Assembly (NCBI RefSeq): GCF_004010195.1
Contig: NC_057714.1
Span: forward strand, 35,097,994-35,161,993
Direction: 5' to 3'
Source of the DNA: Chiloscyllium plagiosum
Taxonomy: Eukaryota
Length of the DNA stretch: 64,000 nt
Shown here piece by piece: positions 39,848 through 52,800 of the stretch. The notes beneath the pieces were generated by a model, which worked only from the letters and a program-made list of their open reading frames with translations, searched no databases and had not been told where the DNA came from. Made by a program: the position numbers and the translations under genes. Position 1 is the first letter of the stretch; the number at the start of each line of letters is the position of its first letter.

Positions 39848-40164
39848 GGGGTGGCACAGTGGCTCAGTGGTTAGCACTGCTGCCTCACAGCACCAGGGTC
39901 CCAGGTTCGATTCCAGCCTCGGGTGACTGTGTGGAGTTGGCATATTCTCCCTGTGTCTGCGTGGGTTTCCTCTGGGTGCTTCAGTTTCCTCCCACAGTCC
40001 AAAGATGTGCAGGTCAAGTGAATTGGCCATACTAAATTGCCCATAGTGTTAGGTGCATTAGTCAGAGGACATGGGTCTGGGTGGGTTACTCTTCGGAGGG
40101 TCAGTGTGGACTGGTTGGGCTGAAGAGCCTGTTTCCACACTATAGGGAATCTAATCTAATCTAA
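39848..40164 (+). mobile_element. HE1/V-SINE, full length
   Basis: A box TGGCTCAGTGG, B box GGTTCGATTCC, V-domain and (CTAAT)n tail. Confidence 0.95.
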
Positions 40165-40279
40165 ACAATGACCATCTCCACTATGCGTTTTCCTAATATT
40201 ATCTACCTGTTATTCTTTTCAAGTCTACCAATATAGCCAGGGTGGTGGGGAGATGATTGTGAAGTGGCAGCTTCATTTT

Positions 40280-40636
40280 TTTTTAACTTGTTCATCGGAT
40301 GTGGACGTTACTCACTGGACCAGCAATTATTGGTATCCCTAATTGGCCCGATGGCAGTTAAGAGTCAACCACATTGTTGTGGGTCTGGAGTCACATGTAA
40401 ACCAGACCAGGTAAGGATGGCAATTTCCCTACCTAATGAACATTAGCAAACCAGACAGGTTTTTCCTGACAATCAGCAAAGGCTTCATACTCATAATTAG
40501 ACTCTTAATTCCAGATTTTTACTGAACTGAAATTCCACCATTTGCCAACGCAGGTTTTGAACCCAGGTCCCCAGAATATTAGCTAAATCTCTGGATTAAC
40601 AGTACAGTGATAATATCACTAGGCCATTGCTTTCCT
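40280..40636 (-). mobile_element. tRNA-derived SINE with Zenon/L2-like tail
   Basis: Minus-strand head ATGGCCTAGTG...GGGTTCAAAACC; the tail resembles the LINE ends at 11710 and 62030. Confidence 0.8.
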
Positions 40637-40654
40637 TGTTGGGTGAGTCATCCA

Positions 40655-41030
40655 TAATCCTGGCCAAATGTTCTGGAGTCATGCATTCAAATGGCGTTGA
40701 TGGAATCTAAATTCAGTTCATAAAATCTGGAAGTTGAAATCAGGATGGTGATAGTAAAATTATCATTAATTGTTTTAAAATCCTTCTGACAGTGCAATTT
40801 ATGTAATTGCAATTAATTAATTTGTATTAATTCACCAATGTCCATTAGGAAAGGAAATTGGTTACTTTTTTTTAAGTTATGTATGACTTCACACCCATAG
40901 CAATGCAATTGAATCTTAACTACCATCTGAAATGATCTAGCAAGATATTCAATTCAAGGGCTATTAGGGATAGGTAACAAAATGGTAGCCTTGCCAGCAA
41001 GGTCCATATCCTGTGACAAAATTTAAAGAA
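40655..41030 (+). mobile_element. Older copy of the same SINE, head-to-head with 40280-40636
   Basis: Shares CCCA.AGCAATG...TCTTAACT and ATTAGGGATA segments. Confidence 0.7.
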
Positions 41031-41898
41031 TAGATTGGGATTCTCTTCTGCATTCAGTTGGATGGAATTATGGCATTAATTTCCCTGCCTGATCTGTCTT
41101 AGTCTTCATTCTTTTTACTGGTAGGCAATATCACAATGGAGGGAATTTCCACCCCCAAGTACAGCTCCTGGTTAAATTGGGGTAATGTATTTAAAAGTGT
41201 TAGAAACCACCTTTACTGGTTTCAGGCATCAAAGGATCTCACATCTATGGCAAATCAGTACATGTTAACAATCATGAAAAGTTTCAAAACCAGCTCAGAG
41301 TACATTTTTGTATTGGACTACCTTACGATGGCAGCCAGCACGGCAGCAGTTAACGATTATGCGAAAAATAAATAACATTTATTTCACAAAGGCAAAATGA
41401 TCTTAAATGGTTCAGTTTGAATATTCTTCTCTATGAATCTACTCAGTCAATCACTGTCATGTCTAAATTCCCTGAGGACTTGGATAGACCAAATAAGTCT
41501 TAGACAGATTGAACCAAAGCTAAATTCTGGCAAGTGCTTATATAATGATAGGATTTTAAGTTGAGAACAATGTCAAAATAATCTGTGCACATTCAATGGT
41601 TCTGCTTTTACCTGACCACCCCAGTAAAATATTGTAAAGCTGTCAGACCCCATGAAATATCTTATTGTGAATCAGCGATGTAGAGTTTTAACCATTCATT
41701 TGACCAGAAGTCAAGAGGCTGAGTGATAAGTACCCTCCTGACATTTTGTGCACTATGTGCATTTCAACGTATGGAACCATATATAATATAAGATGAATGG
41801 ACTCCCAAAATTGAAAGTGCCTTTCAAGAAGACACCTAATTGTAGGAAGCAAATGTAGCAGCTCTACAGGATTTAGAGGTCTGCAGATGTTTGATCTG

Positions 41899-42017
41899 TG
41901 GGGTGCTGGAAAAGCACAGCAAGTCAGGCAGCATCCGAGGAGCAAGAGAATCGACATTTTGGGCAAGAGCCCTTCATCAGAAGTGATCTCAAGCATCTAC
42001 AGTCCTCACTTTCTCCT
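41899..42017. mobile_element. Short Penelope pseudo-LTR insert with 14-bp TSD
   Basis: TSD AGATGTTTGAYCTG (41885-41898 and 42018-42031); minus-strand hammerhead at 41949-41983 has GAAA changed to AAAA. Confidence 0.9.
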
Positions 42018-42454
42018 AGATGTTTGACCTGGCAGAAACTAAGGTTTGCTAATAGATTAACAGGCAAGAAAATAAGTTGTTTCTTAGATGGAGCTATGAA
42101 AATTCTCCTAGACAGTGAAGTGCAGAAGCACCAAGGAGCCCCCAGGCCATCTATTACAGGAGAATACCAGGAGACACTTCTAGGCATAAATGTACACCAA
42201 ACCATATCACTGGTAGGAGTTCTAAAGGAATGATTTAACTTTTGGTTATTGAGTGTGCTTTGCTTGTGTGTGATTTTAAACTTTCAGTACTTAATGCTGA
42301 ATGTAAAATGGTCTTATGCAACATGATACACTTTAAACTATTATTTCTCAGCTCCACGTGTTTCTTTCATGTCACATTTCACACATTTGTCTAAACTAAG
42401 ATTCCTTTGTAAGGCAACTGATCATGTTCAAAAATCACAGTAAGTCACCTGTGG

Positions 42455-42940
42455 CTGTTCTCACTCCTGGGTCAGAAGGTTGTGGTTCAAGTTCCACACC
42501 AGAACGTAAACTCAATGTGGGCTTCCGGTGCAGTAATGAGAGACTACAGCATAACTAGGAGTGCTGCCTTTCAGATGAACAAAGGCCCACCTTCCCTCTC
42601 AGATGGTCACAACTCTCTCATGGCACCTTATTTTGAAGATGAGCAGTGGAAATTCCCTTGATAGCTTATTTATCCTGCCATCAACATTACTTGCTTATTG
42701 ATCATTTGGTCATTATCATACTGATATTTGTGAGAACTTGCTGTGCCCACATTCATTGACAATCACCTGATGAAGGAGAGTCGCTCCGAAAGCTAGTGTG
42801 CTTCCAATTAAACCTGTTGGACTATAACCTGGTGTTGTATGATTTTTAACTTTACAATAATTACAGCACTTCATTTGGCTGTAAAATACATTCAAACATT
42901 GTGTTCATGAAAGGCACTTTATAAATATAACCTTTCTTTC
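42455..42940 (+). mobile_element. DeuSINE (SacSINE1-like), interrupted by a PLE fragment
   Basis: GTCAGAAGGTTGTGGTTCAAG head; Deu domain GCCTTTCAGATGA..CCCTCTCAG..CATGGCAC..TTTTGAAGATGAGCAG. Confidence 0.75.
42764..42798 (+). ncRNA. Minimal hammerhead ribozyme motif, intact (third PLE family, insert about 42764-42853)
   Basis: CAC CUGAUGA A GGAG-AGUCG-CUCC GAAA GC UA^GUG, with an AGCU palindrome at helix III. Confidence 0.85.
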
Positions 42941-44700
42941 TTAATATTGTTTTATGTCAATGGTATAACACCACACTGTAGTCACATGCATAGGCATTGC
43001 AATGACATAGCTGTCCCTACATATGTCCACACTTATACACATGCTTCGGATTCACGTACACCCACCATGAACTGCACACAAAATCCCAGTACTACATGTC
43101 ATCTTCAAAAATTGCAATAACTTAACTTCCTGTGCTTTAGATTAAAGAGAAACTGCCTCAAAATCAGGGAGACATTCATGCAAAGGAGTTTATATGTGTT
43201 TCTTCCACCTCTATACAAGGGAGAAGCCCTTTCTTGGGAAGGAAAGCTTTATTAAGATAACACTGGAATCACCCTGCAACTTGACTTTGTCAAATATTGC
43301 CGACACTGTGAAAATAAAGGAATCATTACAGCTGCTGGGAAATCAAATATTGATTTGCACATCTAATGCTGCTGGTTGCAAATGAGCTGGATATTTCATT
43401 CAGTGGAATCCTTTCCAAATCATGCAGGCAGAAGTTGTGCAAGGGAGCATTAAAGCCACACGAGAGCAATCTCCAACCCCAGGACCCTCAGGAACCCTGC
43501 CAGTCTGTAAAATTGCACAGCCTACTCATGCTGCTGTCAGTTGTATCTGGGGGAAGGAAATAAAATTGCTTACTCAAGCAAACAAGGAATTTGTCGTTTG
43601 ATTAATACATCTATGGACAGCTGATTGGCTTCTGTTGCTGATATCCACAGTGATAGTCTGAAGCATAAACATTAAAGGCTGTTTGACCTTGACAGTTACT
43701 AGATGTGCCATGTCGGTGGATGAGGTTGTCTGCTGGGAGCATGTGGCTTAACTACGGATTTCATGCCCAATTTATACCCTTTTATTAGGCAAAAATAATC
43801 ATGGAAATCTTAGTACCTTCAGGAGAGGTCAGAAGGCTGAGAGAAATCTTTTTTTTAAAAAAAAGGAACTTCTGTCTTCATACTATACAAAACCACAGAA
43901 ATAAAGGGCTGAGCTTTAACATTCTGACATGCATGCTGTGTTACAGACCAGCTGCAAATTGGGATCATGAAAGTTTAAACAGTGTGCTTGCTTGTGTTCT
44001 TTTAACTGAGTGATAATATTTCCCTCTGACTTCCAAGTCTCCCAATTAATTATTATGAGCAGGTGTGATTGAACTCAGTGTTTCGACAAATATATTTAAA
44101 GGGGCCCCTAGGAGGGTGTGAGTGGCAATATTCTGGAAGTGAGACATATTGTTGTAGATTTTCATCCTGTGCTTATCAGCGTAGAAACAAGAATGCTAAA
44201 CTTTAAATGATCAGGATAGTTTAAACTACAGGAACAAACAGTGCTGACAGTTGGCAAGTTGACCTTGGATTGACTGAGGTGTTTCCCTGCAAAAGAAATG
44301 GGAAATTGTGGGCTCTGAAATCTCTGGAATAAGAGAATAAAGTAGAAAGGCTCGAACATGTTCCTTTTGTTTGAAGAGGACAGATTCCTGTGTATAAAGT
44401 ATGTCAATTCCAGCTGACTTGTATGATCCATGTTATGAGCATAACTGATTCTCTTAAATTGGTTGTTAGTGTAGCAATAAGCGCACAAAGAATTCTTCGA
44501 AGTGCCATTTAATCACATGTAATAATGGAGGTTTTATTTTAAGTTTTGCAAGTGATTAGGCAGCAGTTGCTGAACAATCCTGAATAATGACAGGATAAGA
44601 TCACTGGTAATGATAGAGAAATGACAGAAATACTACTTAGTTATTTACCACAAAGATAAAACAGGTAGAGTGAGGGTGACCCAATGGATATTTCTGGTTG

Positions 44701-44857
44701 AGAATGTGGTGCTGGAAAAGACAGCAGGTCAGGCAGCATCTGAGGAGCAGAAGAATCGATGTTGGTTGCTCCTCAGATACTGCCTGACTGGCTGTGATTT
44801 TCCAGCACCACATTCTTGACTCTAATCTCCAGCATCTGCAGTTCTCACTTTCTCCTA
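44701..44857. mobile_element. Penelope foldback insert with perfect 14-bp TSD
   Basis: TSD GATATTTCTGGTTG (44687-44700 and 44858-44871); inverted arms; hammerhead core deleted. Confidence 0.92.
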
Positions 44858-45020
44858 GATATTTCTGGTTGCCATTGTGCCATCTTTGTTTTTAACCACC
44901 GAGTAAAATCTACCCCATAGTTACGAAAACTACTGTTAGAAACAGAATGATTGTATAAATAAACTTTAGCACCAGAATCCCTGAGGGCCGGAAGCAGTCA
45001 TATGACAACTAATTCTCACT

Positions 45021-46994
45021 GTCCTGTCCCCCTTAGTCCAAGAACTCCCCACCTACTTTCGGGACACCACCCACGCCCTCCACCTCCTCCATGATTTTCG
45101 CTTCCCCGGCCCCCAACGCCTTATCTTCACAATGGACATCCAGTCCCTATACGCTTCCATCCCCCATCATGAAGGCCTCCAAGCCCTCCGCTTCTTCCTC
45201 TCCCACTGACCCAATCAGTACCCTTCCACTGACACCGTCCTTCGACTGACTGAACTGGTCCTCACTCTTAACAACTTCTCCTTCTAATCCTCCCACTTCC
45301 TCCAAACCAAAGGAGTAGCCATGGGCACTCGCATGGGCCCCAGCTATGCCTGCTTCTTCATAGGATATGTGGAACAGTCCATCTTCTGCAGCTACACTGG
45401 CACCACCCCCCACCTTTTCCTCCGCTACATCGATGATTGTATTGGCGCTACCTCGTGCTCCCACGAGGAGGTTGAACAGTTCATCCACTTTACTAACACC
45501 TTCCACCCCAACCTCAAATTTACCTGGACCATCTCAGACTCCTCTCTTCCCTTCCTAGACCTCTCCATTTCTATCTCGGGCGACTGACTCAACACAGACA
45601 TTTACTACAAACTGACTGACTCCCCCNNNNNNNNNNNNNNNNNNNNNNNNNNNNNNNNNNNNNNNNNNNNNNNNNNNNNNNNNNNNNNNNNNNNNNNNNN
45701 NNNNNNNNNNNNNNNNNNNNNNNNNNNNNNNNNNNNNNNNNNNNNNNNNNNNNNNNNNNNNNNNNNNNNNNNNNNNNNNNNNNNNNNNNNNNNNNNNNNN
45801 NNNNNNNNNNNNNNNNNNNNNNNNNNNNNNNNNNNNNNNNNNNNNNNNNNNNNNNNNNNNNNNNNNNNNNNNNNNNNNNNNNNNNNNNNNNNNNNNNNNN
45901 NNNNNNNNNNNNNNNNNNNNNNNNNNNNNNNNNNNNNNNNNNNNNNNNNNNNNNNNNNNNNNNNNNNNNNNNNNNNNNNNNNNNNNNNNNNNNNNNNNNN
46001 NNNNNNNNNNNNNNNNNNNNNNNNNNNNNNNNNNNNNNNNNNNNNNNNNNNNNNNNNNNNNNNNNNNNNNNNNNNNNNNNNNNNNNNNNNNNNNNNNNNN
46101 NNNNNNNNNNNNNNNNNNNNNNNNNNNNNNNNNNNNNNNNNNNNNNNNNNNNNNNNNNNNNNNNNNNNNNNNNNNNNNNNNNNNNNNNNNNNNNNNNNNN
46201 NNNNNNNNNNNNNNACACCCCCCACTAACCCAACCTCCACTCCCGGCACCTTCCCCTGCAACCGCAAGAAGTGCAAAACTTGCGCCCACACCTCCCCCCT
46301 CACCTCCCTCCAAGGCCCCAATGGATCCTTTCATATCCGTCGCAAATTCACCTGCACCTCCACACACATCATTTACTGTATCCACTGAACCCGATGTAGT
46401 CTCCTCTACATTGGGGAGACAGGCCACCTACTTGCGGAACGTTTCAGGGAACACCTCTGGGACACCCGCACCAACCAACCCAACTGCCCCTTGGCTGAAA
46501 CTTTAACTCCCCCTCCCACTCTGCCAAGGACATGCAGGTCCTTGGCCTCCTCCTTCACCAGACCCTGGCCACACGATGCCTGGAGGAAGAGCGCCTCATC
46601 TTCCACCTAAGAACCCTCCAACCACACGGGATGAATGTAGATTTCTCCAGCTTCCTCACTTCCCCTCCGCCCACCTTATCTCAATCCCAACCCCCGGATT
46701 CAGCACCGCCCTCTTGACCTGCAATCTTCTTCCTGACCTCTCTGCCCCCACCCCCTCTCCGGCCTATCACCCTCACCTCCTTCCACCTATCGTATTCGCA
46801 GCGCCCGTCGCCCAAATTCACCCCCGCCTACCTTTTTATCTCCGCCTGCTTGGCACACCAGCCTCATTCCTGAAGAAGGGCTTATCCCCAAAACATCGAT
46901 TTTCCTGCTCCTCGGATGCTGCCTGACCTGCTGCGCTTTTCCAGCACCACACTTTTCAACTCTGGTCTCCAGCATCTGCAGTCCTCACTTTCTC
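45021..46994 (+). mobile_element. Penelope-like element, 5' truncated, spanning the gap
   Basis: MDIQSLY, GVAMGTRMGPSYAC, FLRYIDD, LLYIGET; 12-bp TSD CTAATTCTCACT (45009-45020 and 46995-47006); decayed hammerhead at about 46866-46901. Confidence 0.94.
45627..46214. other. Assembly gap
   Basis: Run of 588 N. Confidence 1.
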
Positions 46995-47979
46995 CTAATT
47001 CTCACTTTAGTGTGGTAACTTCTTCCATAGCCTAGATTGACCCAAGAGTTTGATGGGCCCAGCAACTGCTTTGAAGTTGTTCACTTCATCATTGACATTT
47101 GCTCCTGTGATGTAGCAAAGTTCATTAAATAGAAAAGCAGCCAGGCGATGGGAATGCTCAAGAGCAGCGAAAGAGTATTAGAAAGTCTCTGCAGTTTTAT
47201 TTCAACTTTGATCAATGGGTATTTCAAGTTCTCTCCTCAGTGATTCTTGTCTGCACTTGCTTAAGTGACTATAGACTCAAATAATGGGAACCAGTACGCA
47301 CAAATGTTCAGGCAGACTCCTGCCACTACTATTGGGTTATACTTAACAGGAATCTCAATACGCCATCAATATTGCACTCAAGTTTATTGATAGCCTGATG
47401 GAGAGTTGCACATCCATCCATCTCTTGCAGAAAAGTGTGGGGTGATACATTTTGACAGATCGAGGGAGGACAACAGGCAATGTTTTCATCACACTGGAGC
47501 GAACCCGCCATCGGGGTGAAGATAGCGGACAATGTTGGAAATCCAAGGCTTATCCTGAACACAATGTTTTCCATTTATACACTAGCAAGTTTGGGGACAG
47601 GCTTTAGTTCATGTATGCATAAGTCACAGACACAGCAGAGATGGTCAGCTAGCCCTACTCAGCTCAGCCTTTGGAACCTCTGTTGTCAGAAACTAGAGTG
47701 CAAAGATGAAATTAGCTCAGAGCAGGTCTGTTCCTAGTGCATTTGTTTTGTGTGGTCGAGGCACGTGTTTGGAGAAGTGAAATACTCTAATGATATGGCT
47801 GCAGGACAGTTCAAGGTCAGGGGAGTGGATCTCCTTTCTTTCAGAGGTGTAAAGTTCAGATAACCTTTAGGAAGGCAGTGGAAGATCAAGTGTCCTGTGA
47901 TGGGTTTTTTTCTTTGATGGTCTATTGCTGATGAGATTGCTAACAGTAGAGATGATTATGATTAAAAGGTGCATAAAAT

Positions 47980-48215
47980 CCTTGAAACTGTCAAATCTGT
48001 AAAAGACCCATCAATTAGCATCAAAATTGTTGGGACCTGTCAAGAAATGTCAAGCCTTTCAAAAATTGTCAAGAATTATAAAAATCCATACATGCTGTCA
48101 ATAAGGTTAAATCTATTAAAAGTTCTTAAGCACCACAAAAACTATAAATGTCAAGAACTGTCAAAAGCTGTGAAACTGTCAAGAATTGTCATAGTAGTCA
48201 AAAGTTGTCAAAATG
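47980..48215 (+). repeat. Degenerate 9-10 bp minisatellite (AARAHTGTC-like)
   Basis: About 10 TGTCA cores spaced by A-rich linkers. Confidence 0.65.
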
Positions 48216-48789
48216 AGTTTCTGAATAACAGTGATTTTTCTCAAGAGAGTGTGGTCTTTCAATACAGAACATTAAGGAATAGCACTTTGTTCTCTCATGC
48301 ATATGAGAAATAGTTGATATGATATGTGTTGGCATGGTGGGTGAAGGGGGAAAGAGTTGAGTGGAATTAGGCACTAAGATGCCAAAGGAGTATGAGGGTC
48401 AGAGAGAATATGTAGAAGGGTATAGGTGGTATGGGTCAAGAACAACCATGGGGATAATTACAAGGGCCAGGGATGGTAGGGATAGGGAACAGGAAGTGTG
48501 TGAGGGTGAGGGAGTTGTGAGAGATGAACATTCAAGGAATGTTTTATATTTTATTCTATTATGTTCACTTTTGGACAGAATACTGGTACTGTGAGGCAGA
48601 CTCCCTGCCCAGCCCACCTCAGCAACAGGCAGCCTCCTCAGTTCTTCTAAGTCACTCCACCCAAATTCCAATCCAACCCATACCTCAGACTGAAACTGTG
48701 GCAAGTGACAGCTATTTCTAAAGGTTGGGCTCACAGAACCTGGAATGCTACCACACCTGAACAGGAATGAAAATCATGAAGATAAAGTA

Positions 48790-49120
48790 AATTAATAGAA
48801 ATTGTTTTCAATGACTGGTTGATCAATAATCAGAGAGAATAGATTTGAATTCATTGACAAAAAGACCAAAGTAACGTGATTTTTTTCAAATATATAAATT
48901 TGTGAAACAAGTGGTTAGCATTTGAAATGCTTCCCCTACCAGGGGTTATAGATATAAAATCAACAGTAGTTTTCAAAAGGGAATTGGATAAATACTTGAG
49001 GAAGGAGCAATTTACAGTCATATAGAGGAGGAGTGGGGCTTTGAAAATAACTGGCTTATTCTTCAGAGGAGCTGTCACAGACTCAATAAGGGGAAAGCTT
49101 TCTTCTGTGTTGTGCTCCAT
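48790..49120 (+). mobile_element. Old CR1 3' end
   Basis: TTTCAAAAGGGAATTGGATAAATACTTG and a typical 3' UTR. Confidence 0.65.
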
Positions 49121-51439
49121 GATTCAGTTTATCATATTGTTGCTTCTGAGTCCTTGTTGCATGTAAATTGGCAATTGCATTTCTCACAATACATGTGAAT
49201 ATGCTTCTAAAGTATTTTATTAGTTGGAAAGCACTTGGAATGTCCTGAGTTGTTACATCCTTGTTTTTATTTGGTGAGTGTTTGGTTGGGCCTGACTTAA
49301 GAAGAGCAGCTGAATTCTTAGCTGGTGTCAGAAAAACACCAGACAGGTGCACTTGATATAATGGAGAGGATTTTGAATTTCCTTTATTGATTTTTATTGT
49401 ACAAGGCAGAAACCTACCAGACTTTTGTTCCTTATTCGATCCTCTATCTGCCAGGAGATATATTTAGGCTGCGCTTTCTCCAGCCTCTGCAATACCTGTG
49501 TCTTGATATCCATAATCAGAATTTTAGATCACCTGAATTCAAATCCCCTGTATAAATGCAACCATATGGTATTCTTGACATCAAAGAGTGTTTTGATGTT
49601 TTGTTCAATAGCATTTTAACATGAGCTGTGTTATTGTTAGTCTTTATTCACATTTAATATGTAAATGATTACTAATCATGCTATTTTTAGGGTGATGTAT
49701 TATTTTAATTCGAATTCTCTAAATTAGTTAAATTTAAATCAAATAATTGAAACAGGTGAGATACGCGACATATCTATCAATTTGTGATTGTAATCATTTC
49801 TATGGCCTACAATTTCTGGAATTTCCTTAAAAATAAACATGTTTATGTATTATAAATGTGAAATTGAATTGAGTGTGGTATGAGTCTATTCAGACTTTCT
49901 AGAGCTATTCTACTCTATGTTGTTGTCTTTCATTTAACAATAAAAACTTGTGGTATAGTGCGAGTGCCAACCTGTTCTTGTCTATTATTATTAAAACACA
50001 TCTGTTTTCATTTCCCTAACGATGATATTTTGAAATGTTAGTTTATTTGGTTGTGCCTTCAAGCAAGCAGATTTTATTTTAGTGCTATCAATGCTGGATG
50101 TGTCTTCTCCTGTGAGTGCTGTGATGGAGCAGGTCTCTTTGCTACTAAGAGTGTGATATCATTTAAGACATTTTAATAACCCATTCCATCCTGCGAGAGT
50201 GTCACTGCAATTTGTTCCTCCTGTAGACCAAATGTTTCCAGCAGTAGAGGTTTCTAGACATTTGAAAGAGATGCTCATGAGGTTGGTACAATTTCATACA
50301 CTAGTACCAACTGCATTTTCCCCCTGAATTGAATGATGATAAATTACATAATCCGAGAAGGGACGATCAGGTGGGGAGCTTTAGAAGAGCCTGCATGCTG
50401 AGAGGTTTCATCTACACAGTATGCACCCCTTTTTATAAAGACAGGATCCCTGCCTGGAGAATGCAGTGTGCTCTGGAGCAGGCTGAGGAAAAGGGAACCT
50501 GCTGTTGCATGAGATGGAACCTGGGAAGACAGTGGTGAGCAGCCTAATGTCAGAGGCTGGGAAGATGCACTTCTTCAATCATAAAACATGCACATGAAAC
50601 AATCTTGACATAATTACATCTGCCAGGCCTCACATGCCTGAAACAACAAATCTTGAAGATAGGTCATGTTTGAGGCCTGCAAATACATTGTACTATTCAA
50701 CTGGTTATGGGAGTCGGTTTGCTTTTTCTTTGTACCTTTGTTAAACTCACAATGCTGCTTTAAGATGATGTAATTTTTTTAATAAAATCTCATCTCATGC
50801 ATCAATCTCATTCATTTGTTTTGAGGAGTTGGAGGTGTAGTTCTGTTCAACTTCAGATTCCATCACAGTTATGCTGTGATTCCAAATTAAATCACAAGAA
50901 ATATTAGCAAAAATGGTACAAGTTTTGGACATATCGAAAGTGGAAGCTTCTGTACAATGACAAACAGAAACAATCATTTACAGAAAAGTACGCAATTTCC
51001 AAATCCAGTAACAAGCAAAGTTGATTTTCTTTGCCAACTGTCTGTAAAATGTTTTGCTATTCAGGCCGGTTCCATTCCAGTTGGTTTGCATTTAATTTAG
51101 GTTACCCCATGTATTTGCCTCTGTCTCATTCTTGGGCTCAGGTTCTGTCTTCACAATAGAAACCTATTGTCCCATGATGAATCTATAAATACCTCAGTTG
51201 GATTTTCTACTCCTTCAGCTGGAAAAGTATTTGACAAGGTTCCAAAAGAGAGACTGATAAAGAAGATAAAATCAGCCCTGATTCACAGCCCCATGACCTC
51301 CACTTCAGACAGGAAGAGGAGGCAGGTCCCAAATCCACCCCAGTTCGGAAAGGAAATCGATTCCATGTGGTCAGCATCAGTCTGATTCAGAACAGCCTTT
51401 CACAAACTGGACCAAGCTGTCTAAATTAACATAAACTAG

Positions 51440-52800
51440 GATTAGGAGTAGGCCATTTGTCCCCTTGATCCTTTTCCATCATTCCTGACCATAAGACTCA
51501 TAAAACCATATGATATAGGGGCAGAATAAGGCCAGTTGACCCATTGAATATGCTGTATTCAAAAAACAGAAATTGTTGGCAAAGCTCAGAAGGTCTGGTA
51601 GCATCTGTGGAGAGAAATCAGAGTTAACACTTAGGGACAAGTGACCTTTCCTCAGAACTTCACTTCAGCAGAATATGCTTTGCTATTTGATGATGTCTGA
51701 TATGTTTGTCAATCCCATTCTCCTGCCTTCTCCCCGTAACTCTTGATCCTGTTACTAATCAAGAACCTATCTATCTCTGCCTTAAATACACTCAATGACC
51801 TGATCTGCACAGCCTTCTGCGACAATGAGTTCCACAGATTAACCACCCTCTGGCTGAAGAAATTCCTCATCATACAGTTATAAAGGATCGGCCCTTCACT
51901 TTGAAGCAGTGCCCTTCAAGTCCTCGTCTCTCCTACTAGTAGAAATCTCTTCTCTATGTCTGCTCTATACAGGCTTCACAATATTCTGTAAGTTTCAATC
52001 AGATCCACCCTCACCCTTCCAAGCTCCATTTTGTACAGACCCAGAGTCCTCAACCAGTCCTCATGTGGAAAACTTTCATTCCCAGGACCATTCTTGTAAA
52101 CTTCCTCCATACACTCTCTGATATTAGCACATTCTTCTTTAGATAAGTGACCCCAAACTGCTCACAATATCCCAAATGCAGTCTGACCAGAGCCTCTGTA
52201 GCACATCTCTGCTCTTGTATTCTAGCCCTCTTGAATATAATAATAATGTTGCTTTTACCTTCCTGATTGCCAACTGAACCTGCATGCAAACCTTAAGAGA
52301 ATAATGAATTAGGACAAATAAAACCTGTTGTGCTTTAAATTTCCAAATCTCTTCCCCAAATGGAAAATAGTCTGTACCTTTATTCTACCTACCAAAGAGC
52401 AGAAGCTCATACTTTCCCACATTATATTCCATCTGCCACTTCTTTGCCCACTTTCTGAGACTGTCCAAGTCCTTCTGCAGCCTCCCCAATTCCTCAGTAT
52501 TACTTGTCCCACCATCTGTCTTTGTTATCAGCAAACTTAGCAACAATGTCCCAGCTCCTTCATCCAGATAGAAACGCAGAAATTAGTATCAGGAATGGAA
52601 CATTCATGCCTGTGAATCTGCTCTGCCATTCCATATGATCATGGCTGATTCTCTATCCCAATGCCATGTTCCCACTTTTACCCTATACACCTTGATATCT
52701 TTATTATCTACTATCTCTATATGTATACCCTTGAAAACCCTAGGATGCAATCCATCAGGTCTTTGGAATTTGTCAATGTTAAGCATTATTAATTCCTCTA
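51440..52800 (-). mobile_element. Cluster of CR1 fragments
   Basis: LVRLHLGYCEQF and PDGLHPRVFK motifs, and several CR1 3' UTRs. Confidence 0.85.
51555..51670 (-). mobile_element. Penelope pseudo-LTR fragment inserted in a CR1 tail
   Basis: Flanked by GAATATGCT (51546-51554 and 51671-51679); decayed hammerhead. Confidence 0.75.

Noticed and set aside
39848-39920. tRNA genes (also at 19236 and 60700-60766)
   Set aside because: These are tRNA-derived SINE heads that continue into the V-domain.
45555-46427. Long ORFs of 209-290 aa
   Set aside because: They are artefacts of the N gap.
47443-47445. Selenocysteine read-through of the in-frame TGA
   Set aside because: No recognisable selenoprotein similarity or SECIS element is visible.
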